Shown: positions 9,630 to 19,198 of the stretch, one piece after another
Position numbering within the stretch: position 1 is the stretch's first letter
Layout: each line of letters opens with the position of its first letter
Source: Alphaproteobacteria bacterium
GTDB taxonomy: Bacteria > Pseudomonadota > Alphaproteobacteria > UBA8366 > GCA-2717185
Length of the DNA: 64,000 nucleotides
Direction of reading: 5' to 3'
Assembly (NCBI GenBank): GCA_028822585.1
Contig: JAPKDL010000001.1
Span: forward strand, 65,407 to 129,406
Made by a program: the position numbers and the translations under genes
Notes under the pieces: generated by a model
Databases searched by the model: none
The model's input: only the letters and a program-made list of their open reading frames with translations
Told to the model about the DNA's origin: nothing

Positions 9630-9749
9630 ATGTCCGATACAAAAGCCCTGCGTCAGGACGTGAAGGCGACGATTTTGATCCCACCCATCTTTATCCGCGC
9701 CGCTGATGGCAATCGGGCGGGGTTGAGGGGGGGCTCGTTGATTAAATGA
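9630..9749 (+). CDS. Hypothetical 39 aa ORF translationally coupled to the carboxyltransferase gene
   Basis: ATG 9630 is preceded by GGAG about 9 nt upstream. The translation is MSDTKALRQDVKATILIPPIFIRAADGNRAGLRGGSLIK. Its TGA (9747-9749) overlaps the ATG (9746-9748) of the next gene. It is too short for the ORF track and I recognise no family. Confidence 0.25.
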   Translation: MSDTKALRQDVKATILIPPIFIRAADGNRAGLRGGSLIK

Positions 9750-11308
9750 CGAAGTCCTCGATGCCAGACCTGCTGAGCCAAGTTGCCGCTGCGCGCCAGG
9801 AAGTGCTGGACGAAGGCCGCCCTGATGCAGTGAAAAAGCGACGGGATCGGAACTTGCCGACAGCCCGCGAACGGGTCAAATCTTTGCTCGACTCCGACAG
9901 TTTTCAGGAATTAGGCGCGTTGGTCCAACCGGAACGTGGCAATGAATTTAGCCGCGACTTGCAGGCCCCGGCCGATGGGATAGTCACGGGTACCGGACGC
10001 ATTGACGGTCGTGCGGTCAATGTTGCGGCGCATGACTACACCGTTCAGGGTGGCAGCAGCGGTATGATTGGCCGGCGTAAGCTGGACCGATTAATGGAAC
10101 GCTCCCTGGACCGGGGTCTGCCCTTGGTCATGATGCTGGAAGGTGGCGGTCACCGGATTCAGGACGGTATGAGTTCGGCGCATTTTGCTGGTGCGGGTCC
10201 AGTTTTTCAAACGATGTCGCGGATGTCAGGCTGGGTTCCGTCTGTCGCCTTGATGTTGGGTCAAGGTTTTGCGGGACCAACTAATTACGCGGCGCTTGCG
10301 GATTTCGTCGTCATGGTGAAGGGGCAGTCGACCATGGGCATGGCCGGCCCCGCATTGGTGAAGGCCGGGACGGGAATAGAAATTGACAAAGAATCGCTCG
10401 GCGGCGTCGCGCGCCAGGCGGACAAGACTGGGATCGCAGATTTGGCTGTGGAAAGTGAAGCGGATGCGCTGTCCGCCGCCGGCCGGTTCCTGTCGTATTT
10501 GCCGGCTAATGCGTTGGAACAGCCTCCCATAGCGGAAAATATAGCAGCTTCCAATCAAGAGTCGTTATTGAACTTAGTCCCGGCGGATAGCCGCAAGGTC
10601 TACGATGTTCGGAAGGTCATCGCTGTCATTGCTGATCAGGACAGTGTCTTTGAAATTAAGCCTCGATACGCTCGCAATATAGTAACGTGCTTTGTGCGGC
10701 TCGGCGGGCGGCCTGTTGGCGTCATCGCCAACCAATCCCAATCAAAGGCTGGGGTCCTGGACGCGCCGGCGTCGGAAAAAGCCGCCCACTTTATCGCCAT
10801 GTGCGATGCGTTTGGCCTGCCGTTAGTGTTCCTGATCGATGTGCCGGGATTTTCCATCGGGCCAGCGGCGGAAGACACAGGCTTGGGCCGACGTAGTGGC
10901 CGGATGTTTTTTGAACTTGGAATCGCGACTGTACCGCGTATCTCCATCGTTTTGCGAAAGGGCTATGGCGGTGGTTATTTCGCGATGGCGGGTGGTCGTT
11001 CATTTGACGCAGATGCCGCCTTTGCCTGGCCGACGGCGGAAATTTGCGCCATGTCCATCGAAGGTGCCGTCGATGTTGCGTTCCGCCGCCAATTTCAAGA
11101 CGCAGACGATCCAGCGGCGACACGGGCTGAATTGATTGAAAAAATCCGTACTCAGACTGGCGCAATTAATAGCCTTGCTGATTTCGGGCTTGATGATGTG
11201 ATCGATCCACGAGAGACGCGTCGAATTCTTATTGAGACCTTCGCCACCTGTCCGCTGCGTCACCGGGATAAAAACCCGCCGCGAATTCGGCCGATTTCGC
11301 CAATTTGA
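9746..11308 (+). CDS. Acyl-CoA carboxylase carboxyltransferase (beta) subunit family protein
   Basis: 520 aa with TARERVKSLLDSDSFQELG, GGSSG and the two-domain carboxyltransferase architecture seen in propionyl-, methylcrotonyl- and geranyl-CoA carboxylase beta chains. Confidence 0.9.
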   Translation: MTKSSMPDLLSQVAAARQEVLDEGRPDAVKKRRDRNLPTARERVKSLLDSDSFQELGALVQPERGNEFSRDLQAPADGIVTGTGRIDGRAVNVAAHDYTVQGGSSGMIGRRKLDRLMERSLDRGLPLVMMLEGGGHRIQDGMSSAHFAGAGPVFQTMSRMSGWVPSVALMLGQGFAGPTNYAALADFVVMVKGQSTMGMAGPALVKAGTGIEIDKESLGGVARQADKTGIADLAVESEADALSAAGRFLSYLPANALEQPPIAENIAASNQESLLNLVPADSRKVYDVRKVIAVIADQDSVFEIKPRYARNIVTCFVRLGGRPVGVIANQSQSKAGVLDAPASEKAAHFIAMCDAFGLPLVFLIDVPGFSIGPAAEDTGLGRRSGRMFFELGIATVPRISIVLRKGYGGGYFAMAGGRSFDADAAFAWPTAEICAMSIEGAVDVAFRRQFQDADDPAATRAELIEKIRTQTGAINSLADFGLDDVIDPRETRRILIETFATCPLRHRDKNPPRIRPISPI

Positions 11309-11335
11309 TTTAAACCGCGAACGCGCTAGGCCCTG

Positions 11336-12874
11336 TTAGGGGTCAATCCGATGTTTCCAGGCGTAGGTTTGGTTGCAACGGCATCGTTCCAAGGCGTCGA
11401 GGATACGGTAACGCGTTTCCGCTGGGGCGATCACGTCATCGATCAATCCCAGGCCCGCCGCTGCGTAGGCGCTTGATTCGACAACGATTTTCTTTCGAAT
11501 GTCATCGCGCATCGCGTCGGGGTCGTCCGCCTTGGCGATGTCGCGGCCATGCACTAATTCAATGCCTGCTTCGGGGCCCATGACATCGAAGCGCGCCGTC
11601 GGCCAACTGACAAGTAAGTCCGGTTCCACGGCCCGTCCGCCAAGCGCAATATATGCCAGGCCAATCGCTTTTCGCAGCACAATGGTGATTTTGGGTGTAG
11701 TCGCGCCGATAATTGAATTCAACAATCGGCCGGTAAGGCTCACCATCCGGCGTCGTTCAATATCTGGGCCGACCATGAAGCCGGGACAATCCATCAAAGA
11801 AATTATGGGAATGTGGAACGCATCACAAAGGTCGATGAACTTGCGCAATTTTTCCACGCCTTTGTCATCAATTGTACCGGCGCGATGGAGTGGTTGATTG
11901 GCGATGATTCCAACCGAATACCCGTCCATTCGGGCGAACGCGGTCATCGAATTCCGCGCATAATCTCGTTTCATTTCAAAATAATCGCCGCCATCAACGA
12001 GCAGTCCAATCAATGTGCGCATGTCGTAGGCACGACGGTGATTATCTGGAACCAATTGTTCGATGTCCGCGCGTCCCGCCGCGCTGTCAATCTTTGCAGG
12101 TTGTGGTTCCGCCCGAGGTGACGCTTCGTTACAGCTCGACGGTAGATAGGAGAGGAATTTTTTGATCGCGTTCATGCAATCCAGTTCAGTTTTGGCCAAC
12201 AGGTCGGCTTGTCCGGTTTCAATCGCCGCCATCTCGCTGCCGCCAATTTCTTCGTTCGTGACGTCGAGACCAATTCCAACTTTAACAACGGGCGCGCCCG
12301 ACATACCCAAAAATCCCGTTCCTTTCACGATGGGGGAGAAATCGGATTGAACAGCTGTAAACGAAGGCCCTCCGAAGCAAGGGCCGAGCGCCGCAGCGAC
12401 TTGCGGTATGCGTCCCGACATCTTGAAATGGTCACCGAAGCGGTATCCAAGGCCTGCCGCCGTCGCGCCATAGGCTTCTTGCACGCGCGCCGCGCCGGCT
12501 TCCATCAGGCCAATAAAAGGCTTGTGATGCTTTAAGGCGAGAGCGCGCACACGAGCGTTTTTTACTTCGGCGACCCGGCCCCGTGTGCCTGCCATTACCG
12601 TGCCGTCATCAGCCGTGATGTATACAACTCGCCCATCAATTTTACCTGACCCCGCCAACATGCCATCTGCGGGCGTGCGGTCTTTAAGGTCATCATGTTG
12701 GCTGTGCGCCAAGAGTCCGATTTCGACAAAGGATCCAGGATCAAGCAAATGGTCAAGGCGTTCGCGTGCGGTCAGTTTTCCGCGGTCATGGGCTTTTTTG
12801 ATATTTTCAGCACCGCCCATTTTGCGGGACTGTTCACGCTGCGTCACAAGTATTTGTATTGTGTCGTCGTCCAT
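11336..12874 (-). CDS. Acyl-CoA carboxylase carboxyltransferase (beta) subunit family protein (paralogue)
   Basis: Contains TARERLDHLLDPGSFVEIG and has the same architecture as 9746..11308. The start was moved from the TTG at 12892 to ATG 12874, which has GGGGAG about 8 nt upstream. Confidence 0.9.
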   Translation of the reverse strand: MDDDTIQILVTQREQSRKMGGAENIKKAHDRGKLTARERLDHLLDPGSFVEIGLLAHSQHDDLKDRTPADGMLAGSGKIDGRVVYITADDGTVMAGTRGRVAEVKNARVRALALKHHKPFIGLMEAGAARVQEAYGATAAGLGYRFGDHFKMSGRIPQVAAALGPCFGGPSFTAVQSDFSPIVKGTGFLGMSGAPVVKVGIGLDVTNEEIGGSEMAAIETGQADLLAKTELDCMNAIKKFLSYLPSSCNEASPRAEPQPAKIDSAAGRADIEQLVPDNHRRAYDMRTLIGLLVDGGDYFEMKRDYARNSMTAFARMDGYSVGIIANQPLHRAGTIDDKGVEKLRKFIDLCDAFHIPIISLMDCPGFMVGPDIERRRMVSLTGRLLNSIIGATTPKITIVLRKAIGLAYIALGGRAVEPDLLVSWPTARFDVMGPEAGIELVHGRDIAKADDPDAMRDDIRKKIVVESSAYAAAGLGLIDDVIAPAETRYRILDALERCRCNQTYAWKHRIDP

Positions 12875-13027
12875 TGAATTTGCTCCCCGCAAGATGCGCT
12901 GGTGTTGTTAAGCGTCAATTCGACGTAATTCTCTTACGTATGGGTAACTGGTGCACGGGTATATTGTATGGCCGGTGGGATTCAGGCACGATCATGCGTC
13001 GTTAGGCAAATGTGATGGGAAATTTTT

Positions 13028-14137
13028 GTGAAAGCACTGGTAATTGGCGGGACGGGACCGACCGGACCATATTTAGTAAATGGCCTTATCGAACAAGGTT
13101 ACGACGTTTCGATCATGCATCGCGGAACCCATGACAGTGATGAAATTCCGCGCAGCGTTGAACGCATTATTGGTGACCCGCATTTTCGCGAAACCCTGCG
13201 CGATGCACTTCAAGGGCGAACTTTTGATCTGATTATCGCGACCTATGGCCGGATTCGATATATTGCGGAAGTCGCCGGAGAGCACACCGAACGTCTGATC
13301 ACTGTCGGCGGCGCGCCATGTTATCGCGGCATGTTGCAACCGGACGCATTGTTTCCCGCGGGCATGGAAATACCCTTGACCGAGGACGCGCCCAAGGTGG
13401 CGAGTGAGGAAGAGTTCCGCTTCGGATATTTGGTTCGAATTTCCGAGGAAGCCGTGATGGACGGCCATGCGGAAGGTCGCTTCAGCGCCACCCATTTTCG
13501 CTATCCCACGGTTTATGGGCCGCGGCAAATAACGCCAAAAATTTGGGCGATCATGCGCCGGTTTATGGATAGGCGTCCCTATATTGTATTGCCAGATGGC
13601 GGTTTAAGCCTTGTGACGCGCGGGTATTCGGAAAATGTCGCACATGCGGTTCTGTTGGCGGCGCAGCAGCCCGATATCGCTGGTGGACAAATTTATAATT
13701 GCGGCGATGAGCAACAACTCACCTTGGCGCAATGGATTGAGGTCGTGGGGCAGGAGATGGGGGGCACCATAGAGGTGATTGGCGTGCCCGATAAATATGC
13801 TTATTCGTCGCGCACCTTGATGATGTTTGATGGACCGTCGCATCATCAAATATTTGACCTCTTCAAGATCAAATCGGAACTCGGTTATCGGGACAAAGTG
13901 GCACCTTTGGAAGCGGTGGCGCGTACGGTGCGTTGGTATCAAGAAAATCCGCCTGACGATAATTCGGAAATCATAACGGACCTTGCAGGTCATTATCGCA
14001 CGGAGGATGCTATTGCGGAGGTTTACCGCGACGCTTGCGAGCGTCTAGCGGCGATTGAGCATGTGGAGCGGGATTTTCACCACCCCTACCCACATCCGAA
14101 AAAGCCGGGGTTAGACCGTGACCACCGGGCGCGATAA
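13028..14137 (+). CDS. NAD-dependent epimerase/dehydratase family protein
   Basis: GTG start. The N-terminus MKALVIGGTGPTGPYLV carries the GxxGxxG Rossmann motif. The 369 aa length fits an extended SDR. Confidence 0.8.
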   Translation: MKALVIGGTGPTGPYLVNGLIEQGYDVSIMHRGTHDSDEIPRSVERIIGDPHFRETLRDALQGRTFDLIIATYGRIRYIAEVAGEHTERLITVGGAPCYRGMLQPDALFPAGMEIPLTEDAPKVASEEEFRFGYLVRISEEAVMDGHAEGRFSATHFRYPTVYGPRQITPKIWAIMRRFMDRRPYIVLPDGGLSLVTRGYSENVAHAVLLAAQQPDIAGGQIYNCGDEQQLTLAQWIEVVGQEMGGTIEVIGVPDKYAYSSRTLMMFDGPSHHQIFDLFKIKSELGYRDKVAPLEAVARTVRWYQENPPDDNSEIITDLAGHYRTEDAIAEVYRDACERLAAIEHVERDFHHPYPHPKKPGLDRDHRAR

Positions 14138-14149
14138 AATGCGTCGCGC

Positions 14150-14974
14150 TTAACCTTCGTAGTTCCGGATAATGCGTGTATAGGATTGCTTGTTCGCGCC
14201 ATCGACCAGAAGCGATTCGCCGTTCACGTAGGAGGCCCGCGCCGACGCAAGATACACAATTGTCTCCGCAACCTGCCAAGCGTCGCCCCATGGACCAGAT
14301 TCGGCAATAATTTTTTCGCGCCGGGCCAATGCTATTGTTTCGTCATAATCGTTGCCGGCGGCCTCGCGTTCCCATTTTTCGAAACGGTCCGGGGTGATCA
14401 CGACGCCGGGGACGACGCAATTGACCCGGATGTTCTGAGGTCGGAGTTCCTCGGCGAGGTCAGTGGTGAAGCGTAGTTCCGCCGCCTTGGCGGGACCAGT
14501 GCAGGTTGACCCTGGCGGATTGGCTGCTTGGTAGGCAGTGCGGCCCGAGACATTGATGATAACGCCGCCCCCGGCGTCGATCATTATCGGCACAATGCGC
14601 TGAGAGAGGCGGAACTGGGCAAAGAAATTTATCGCCATGCCATACTCTAAATCTTCGTCAGTCACTTCAAGGAATGGTTTATACGTGCCCGTCCCTGCAT
14701 TGTTAACCAGGATATCCACGCGCCCGAAGCGGTCCTTCGCAAACGCGGTGACGCGGTCGAGGTCGGCGGGAATTGCGACGTCGGCTGCGATGGCGTCGAC
14801 CTCGCCGCTACCTTCCGCCTTAATTTCCCGTACGGCGTTCGCCAGTGCTGCCTCGCCACGCGCCGTGATGAGGACTCGTGCGCCTTCGCGCGCCAGCAAG
14901 TGCGCCGTCGCTAGTCCGATGCCTTTGCTGCCGCCAGTGACGACAGCGACTTTGTTTCGAAGTTCCAAATCCAT
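14150..14974 (-). CDS. SDR family oxidoreductase
   Basis: VTGGSKGIGLATA and NNAG motifs. It is the last gene of the minus-strand operon. Confidence 0.85.
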   Translation of the reverse strand: MDLELRNKVAVVTGGSKGIGLATAHLLAREGARVLITARGEAALANAVREIKAEGSGEVDAIAADVAIPADLDRVTAFAKDRFGRVDILVNNAGTGTYKPFLEVTDEDLEYGMAINFFAQFRLSQRIVPIMIDAGGGVIINVSGRTAYQAANPPGSTCTGPAKAAELRFTTDLAEELRPQNIRVNCVVPGVVITPDRFEKWEREAAGNDYDETIALARREKIIAESGPWGDAWQVAETIVYLASARASYVNGESLLVDGANKQSYTRIIRNYEG

Positions 14975-14985
14975 GGCGTTTCCAG

Positions 14986-15795
14986 TCAGGCTGCGGGGAG
15001 CATCGTCTGGGCACGTTCCCGCAGATCGTCGGCGATACGCGACGGTCGTCGCGCGTCAAGGTCAAGTTGAACGCCGAATTGACTAAGACCCGCGATATCG
15101 GTGCCGGTCTCCGCATTGCGCATCCGATGATAGAGCCGCATGGAAGAGCCGCCTAATTGCGCCACGCAGCTTTCGACGTCGATCATATCACCGGGCTTGG
15201 CCTGGCTGTGGAAGGTGAGTTGAAATTCAAAGGTTGAAATCCCTGTCCGGTTTTTTGTCATGTATTCCGGCGTCATGCCGAAGGCCGACAGGATGAAACT
15301 GTTGGCGGTTGAAAATCGACGGATATAGCCCGGCAGCGATAAATTTCCCGCCCAATCCGATTCGGTCGTACGCGGCATATCGCAGCACGATGGGAACCAA
15401 CTCGCGTCGTCGCCTGGTACGGATCGTTCCTCGCGCCCATCGCCATCCCAGGCGACCGGTGTGCCCGATAATGTCACGCCCGCCAAGGTTTGTTGCATTG
15501 TCGTACACAAGGTTCCGGTTTCGGCATTGAAAAGTTTGTGGGCGATGGTCGGCGTGTCGCCAGCATTGATCAGCGCTGTTTCAATTCGATAAATGTCACG
15601 GTCACGCAGTTCGTTCTTGTAATGCGTCAGGCCCTCTGTCGTGCGGGATTTGGCGGGGTCAACACCGGACTGATGCAGGAATCGCCACGTCGCGGCTTCG
15701 AATTTTTCATAATAATAGGCGACGGTGAAATGCTCGGTTGCATCTACTTCCCAGGGAGAGACATCGCCACGGAAGGTTTCGCTATATCCGTTCAC
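14986..15795 (-). CDS. Thioesterase-like protein (tandem hotdog fold)
   Basis: The 269 aa length suggests two hotdog repeats. The N-terminal WEVDATEHFTVAYYYEKFEAATWRF resembles 4HBT/acyl-CoA thioesterase family proteins. The assignment is from family resemblance only. Confidence 0.6.
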   Translation of the reverse strand: MNGYSETFRGDVSPWEVDATEHFTVAYYYEKFEAATWRFLHQSGVDPAKSRTTEGLTHYKNELRDRDIYRIETALINAGDTPTIAHKLFNAETGTLCTTMQQTLAGVTLSGTPVAWDGDGREERSVPGDDASWFPSCCDMPRTTESDWAGNLSLPGYIRRFSTANSFILSAFGMTPEYMTKNRTGISTFEFQLTFHSQAKPGDMIDVESCVAQLGGSSMRLYHRMRNAETGTDIAGLSQFGVQLDLDARRPSRIADDLRERAQTMLPAA

Positions 15796-15847
15796 GGAAA
15801 TTCCTTTGGTTGGTTAAATTTGTGCAGGTTCGGTTTATTCTGCCAAT

Positions 15848-16714
15848 TTATTCTGCGATGTCACGGTGATGCGCTTGGTCGAAATCCCACACGTCCTTAA
15901 AACCAAGCTCGCCAGAGAGTGTCATAAAGTCGCGTAGCGGGACGTCAAGGTCAAGAGACGCGCCGGTGCGCTTCAACGTTCCATAAACCGAATGCAAAGC
16001 TTCTGCGGCTGCCATGAACCCGGTGCCGGGATAGATTGCAATCTGGTAGCCAAGGTCAATATACGCCTGCTTGCTAAGCACGGGCGTACTGCCGCCATCG
16101 ACGACATTCACCAACAGCGGCGCGTCGAAGCTTGCGCAGATCTTCTCCATTTCCGCTTCGGATTCGGGCGATTCGATAAACAAGATATCCGCGCCAGCTT
16201 CGGCAAATGCCTCGCCACGTCGTAACGCTTCATCCAGGCCGTAATTGGTGCGCGCGTCGGTTCGTGCGACAATCAAAAAATCCGAAGAATTTCTTGTTTC
16301 GACCGCGACTTCAATCTTCTGCGCCATGTCTTCGATGGGAATCACCTTGCGACCCGGCGTGTGTCCGCATTTCTTTGGAAATTCTTGATCTTCAATCTGA
16401 ATACCCGCCGCCCCGGCGTCTTCGTAACCCCGAACAGTGTGCTGAACATTCAGCAGGCCCCCATAACCCGTGTCGCCGTCCGCGATGAACGGTGTTGTCA
16501 GCACATCCGCCATCATCTTCACGCGGCCGACCATGTCGGTGTAGCTGGCGATGCCCGCGTCCGGCATCCCCATATGCGACGCCACCGCGCCATAACCCGT
16601 CATGTACAGCATGTCGAAACCAAATGGGTCCGCCATGCGCGCTGAAATTCCGTCGAATATTCCTGGCGCGACCACAAGTTCTCCTTGGCGCAACATTTTT
16701 TTTACACGGGTCAT
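15848..16714 (-). CDS. Isocitrate lyase/PEP mutase superfamily enzyme (methylisocitrate-lyase, oxaloacetate-decarboxylase or dimethylmalate-lyase like)
   Basis: GDTGYGG and the superfamily signature EDQEFPKKCGH (K-K-C-G-H). 288 aa. Confidence 0.85.
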   Translation of the reverse strand: MTRVKKMLRQGELVVAPGIFDGISARMADPFGFDMLYMTGYGAVASHMGMPDAGIASYTDMVGRVKMMADVLTTPFIADGDTGYGGLLNVQHTVRGYEDAGAAGIQIEDQEFPKKCGHTPGRKVIPIEDMAQKIEVAVETRNSSDFLIVARTDARTNYGLDEALRRGEAFAEAGADILFIESPESEAEMEKICASFDAPLLVNVVDGGSTPVLSKQAYIDLGYQIAIYPGTGFMAAAEALHSVYGTLKRTGASLDLDVPLRDFMTLSGELGFKDVWDFDQAHHRDIAE

Positions 16715-16738
16715 TTAACCGTCTCCTCTTTTACTGCG

Positions 16739-17746
16739 TTATGATTCTTTGAAATAAGGCATGACATCCTGGGCGAACCATTCAATTTGTTCGTTCATTT
16801 CGCTCAGTGTATTGGCGGGGATCATCAAGGCGGAGCAATGGTCCACACCGATAGATTTTAGCTTTTCGATCTTTCCGATCACGGTCTGTGGCGACCCGAC
16901 AAGATTGGCGATGACCTGGTGGCTCAGGTCGCGACCTGTATAGGCCAGAGACTGCCGGTGCGCGACGAGACCGCTTTTCATGTATTTGGCCTCCGCCTCC
17001 TCATCCGTGTTGGCGAGCAACATAGAGAATTGCGGGGCGATTTCGACGGCGTTGCGGGGGCGTCCAAGTTCTTCTGTGCGATCTTTTAAAATGCGAATTC
17101 GCTCTTCCATCTCTGCGAACGGGCGCCATCCGGCTAGCCAGCCATGGCCATATTTCGCCGCGCGTTCGACCGTCGCCATATTGTGCCCGCCGATATAAAG
17201 CGGGTAGGGGTTCTGCTTTGGTTTTGGAAACATTTTTATGTTGTCAAAGGCATAATGGTCGCCGTCATGGCTTGCGTTAGGTTCGGTCATGAGTTTCAGA
17301 AAGGCTTCGATGCCCTCGTCTAACAGGTCGCCGCGCCGGGCACCTTTTAGCCGGGGCGCCATGGCATTAAACTCTTCGCGATACGCCCCCAACCCCACCG
17401 CGAGGATGAAACGGCCTCCGGACAATTGATCCAGTGTCGCCACCTGTTTGGCCAGATAAACCGGTTCGCGCATCGGCATGACCAACAGCGCGGTGCCGAC
17501 AATAAGCCGCTCTGTCGCCTGTGCGCACATCGCCAGCGTGATCAACGGTTCATAGAAATTCGGGGCCTTTCCAGGGTGAAGTTCGGTGACATATTGCTGG
17601 GTTGTAATGTGGTCGTTGCCCCACACCGAATGGTATCCCACCCGCTCGCAAAGTTGAGCTTGTGCAACAAAGTCCTGAGGTTCGGCGAACGGGATCGGGT
17701 ACATGACGCCTTCAAACCCGGTCGAGAGGCAAATACTGAATTTCAT
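16739..17746 (-). CDS. LLM-class (luciferase-like) flavin/F420-dependent oxidoreductase
   Basis: 335 aa with typical LLM features (GYHSVWGNDH, LDQLSGGRFILAVGLG). Confidence 0.8.
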   Translation of the reverse strand: MKFSICLSTGFEGVMYPIPFAEPQDFVAQAQLCERVGYHSVWGNDHITTQQYVTELHPGKAPNFYEPLITLAMCAQATERLIVGTALLVMPMREPVYLAKQVATLDQLSGGRFILAVGLGAYREEFNAMAPRLKGARRGDLLDEGIEAFLKLMTEPNASHDGDHYAFDNIKMFPKPKQNPYPLYIGGHNMATVERAAKYGHGWLAGWRPFAEMEERIRILKDRTEELGRPRNAVEIAPQFSMLLANTDEEAEAKYMKSGLVAHRQSLAYTGRDLSHQVIANLVGSPQTVIGKIEKLKSIGVDHCSALMIPANTLSEMNEQIEWFAQDVMPYFKES

Positions 17747-17757
17747 CGGCTAAGTCC

Positions 17758-18741
17758 TCATGCTGGGGCGTTAAGCGCGGCCAAGACTATCGCGATTTGT
17801 TCGGGGGTCCGCATTGACGCGAGGACCGCATTGTCGAGACCAGCGGCGTGATAGGCGGCATTTCGAGCGCGGAACATTTCAGGAGAACCGGCGGCGGCGT
17901 GACGTTCGATGATTTCATCACTAATCAGCCTATCCGCGGTGTCTGCGTTGTCGGCGTTAAACGCGTCATTCACCGCTGCTTGATCCAGGCGGCTGCCTGC
18001 GAGTTCAAGATTATGACGGTGATGTTTGCCGCGCAAGGTCGTCGCCAGAACGCGCCGTACACGGTCGAAGGCCGTTTTTCTATCGTCGGCGACGGCGGCG
18101 TAAACGAGCCCATTACGTTGAAAATTCTCTGGCGTCCCGTGTGCAAAAACCTGACTGAGGCTCCAACGGACAAATTCAACCGAGGCCCCCGCAGATAACA
18201 GCACGCCATCGGCATGCGTCCCGGCGAGCTGTAGCATTTTGGGGCCAGACGCGGCCAGCAATAGTGGAATATCTCGCCGACCGGAACTGAGCGCCCGGTC
18301 TAACGCCTTAAATCTCTTGCCTTCTTGATGCACCGTTTCGCCTGCGAACAAGGCACGGCAAATTTGTAAAGATTCGCGCATTGGTCCTAAAGGCGCAGGA
18401 GTCTCAACGCCGACATCGACCAGGTCGGCGGGCGCGCCAACGCCAAGACACAGGGAAATTCGGTCTGGGAAAAATTCATCAATGGTCGCAGCCGCCATGG
18501 CGGCGTGAACCGGGTGTACCAAATACGGGCTGATCGCGACCAATGTAATTTTCAAATGAGGATGGCGATCCATCAAGACGCTGGCGGTAACGATTGGGTC
18601 GCGTTGGAATAAATGACAGGCGAGCCAGATCGAATCAACGCCGCCTTCGACGGCGGCCTGGGCTTTCGCAAGAACCGCCTCGACGGGTTCGCGACCGTCA
18701 AAGGAAACGCTGGGTCCGATTGGATTTCTAGGTTTGGGCAA
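17758..18741 (-). CDS. LLM-class oxidoreductase (methylene-H4MPT-reductase-like subgroup)
   Basis: 327 aa with VDSIWLACHLF and an LCLGVG-type motif. The TTG start at 18741 overlaps the 2Fe-2S subunit stop by 14 nt. No in-frame ATG or GTG is available upstream of residue 57. Confidence 0.75.
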   Translation of the reverse strand: MPKPRNPIGPSVSFDGREPVEAVLAKAQAAVEGGVDSIWLACHLFQRDPIVTASVLMDRHPHLKITLVAISPYLVHPVHAAMAAATIDEFFPDRISLCLGVGAPADLVDVGVETPAPLGPMRESLQICRALFAGETVHQEGKRFKALDRALSSGRRDIPLLLAASGPKMLQLAGTHADGVLLSAGASVEFVRWSLSQVFAHGTPENFQRNGLVYAAVADDRKTAFDRVRRVLATTLRGKHHRHNLELAGSRLDQAAVNDAFNADNADTADRLISDEIIERHAAAGSPEMFRARNAAYHAAGLDNAVLASMRTPEQIAIVLAALNAPA

Positions 18742-19198
18742 GGCTTTCCACCGCTTCTATGATTTTTTGGTAGCCTGTGCAGCGACAAATGTTTCCGCTC
18801 AAATGATGTTCGATTTCTGCTCGACTGGGCGTTGGGTTCGAGAACAACAGCGCTTTTGTCGCCAGGATCATTCCGGGGGTGCAGAAGCCGCATTGGAGGG
18901 CACCAAATTCAAGGAAAGCTTCCTGGACTGGGTCGAGGTTGTCCCGGTCGCCAAGGCCTTCGATTGTCACGACATCGGCGCCATCGGCGTCGACGGCCAG
19001 CATCGTGCAGCTACTTACGGGGTGGTCGCCCACCAAAACAGTACAGGCACCGCATATCTGCATATCGCAGGAGCGTTTGACGCCGCGCAAATTCTGCGCA
19101 TCCCGCAGAAAATCGATGAGCAATGTGTGGGCTTCGACCAATGCGTTGGTTTTTTCGCCATTGAGCGTCATCGAGATATTATGCGTGGATGAGGTCAC
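18728..19198 (-). CDS. Molybdenum hydroxylase small subunit, (2Fe-2S)-binding
   Basis: Two cluster motifs are present: C-x4-C-G-A-C (CDMQICGACTV) and CGFCTPGMI...CRCTGY. 156 aa. Confidence 0.9.
   Translation of the reverse strand: MTSSTHNISMTLNGEKTNALVEAHTLLIDFLRDAQNLRGVKRSCDMQICGACTVLVGDHPVSSCTMLAVDADGADVVTIEGLGDRDNLDPVQEAFLEFGALQCGFCTPGMILATKALLFSNPTPSRAEIEHHLSGNICRCTGYQKIIEAVESLAQT

Noticed and set aside
14129-14149. The 6 bp GC hairpin GCGCGA-N9-TCGCGC between the convergent stops at 14137 and 14150, as a bidirectional terminator.
   Set aside because: The stem is short, the loop is long and there is no flanking T/A-tract. It is noted but is too weak to call as a feature.
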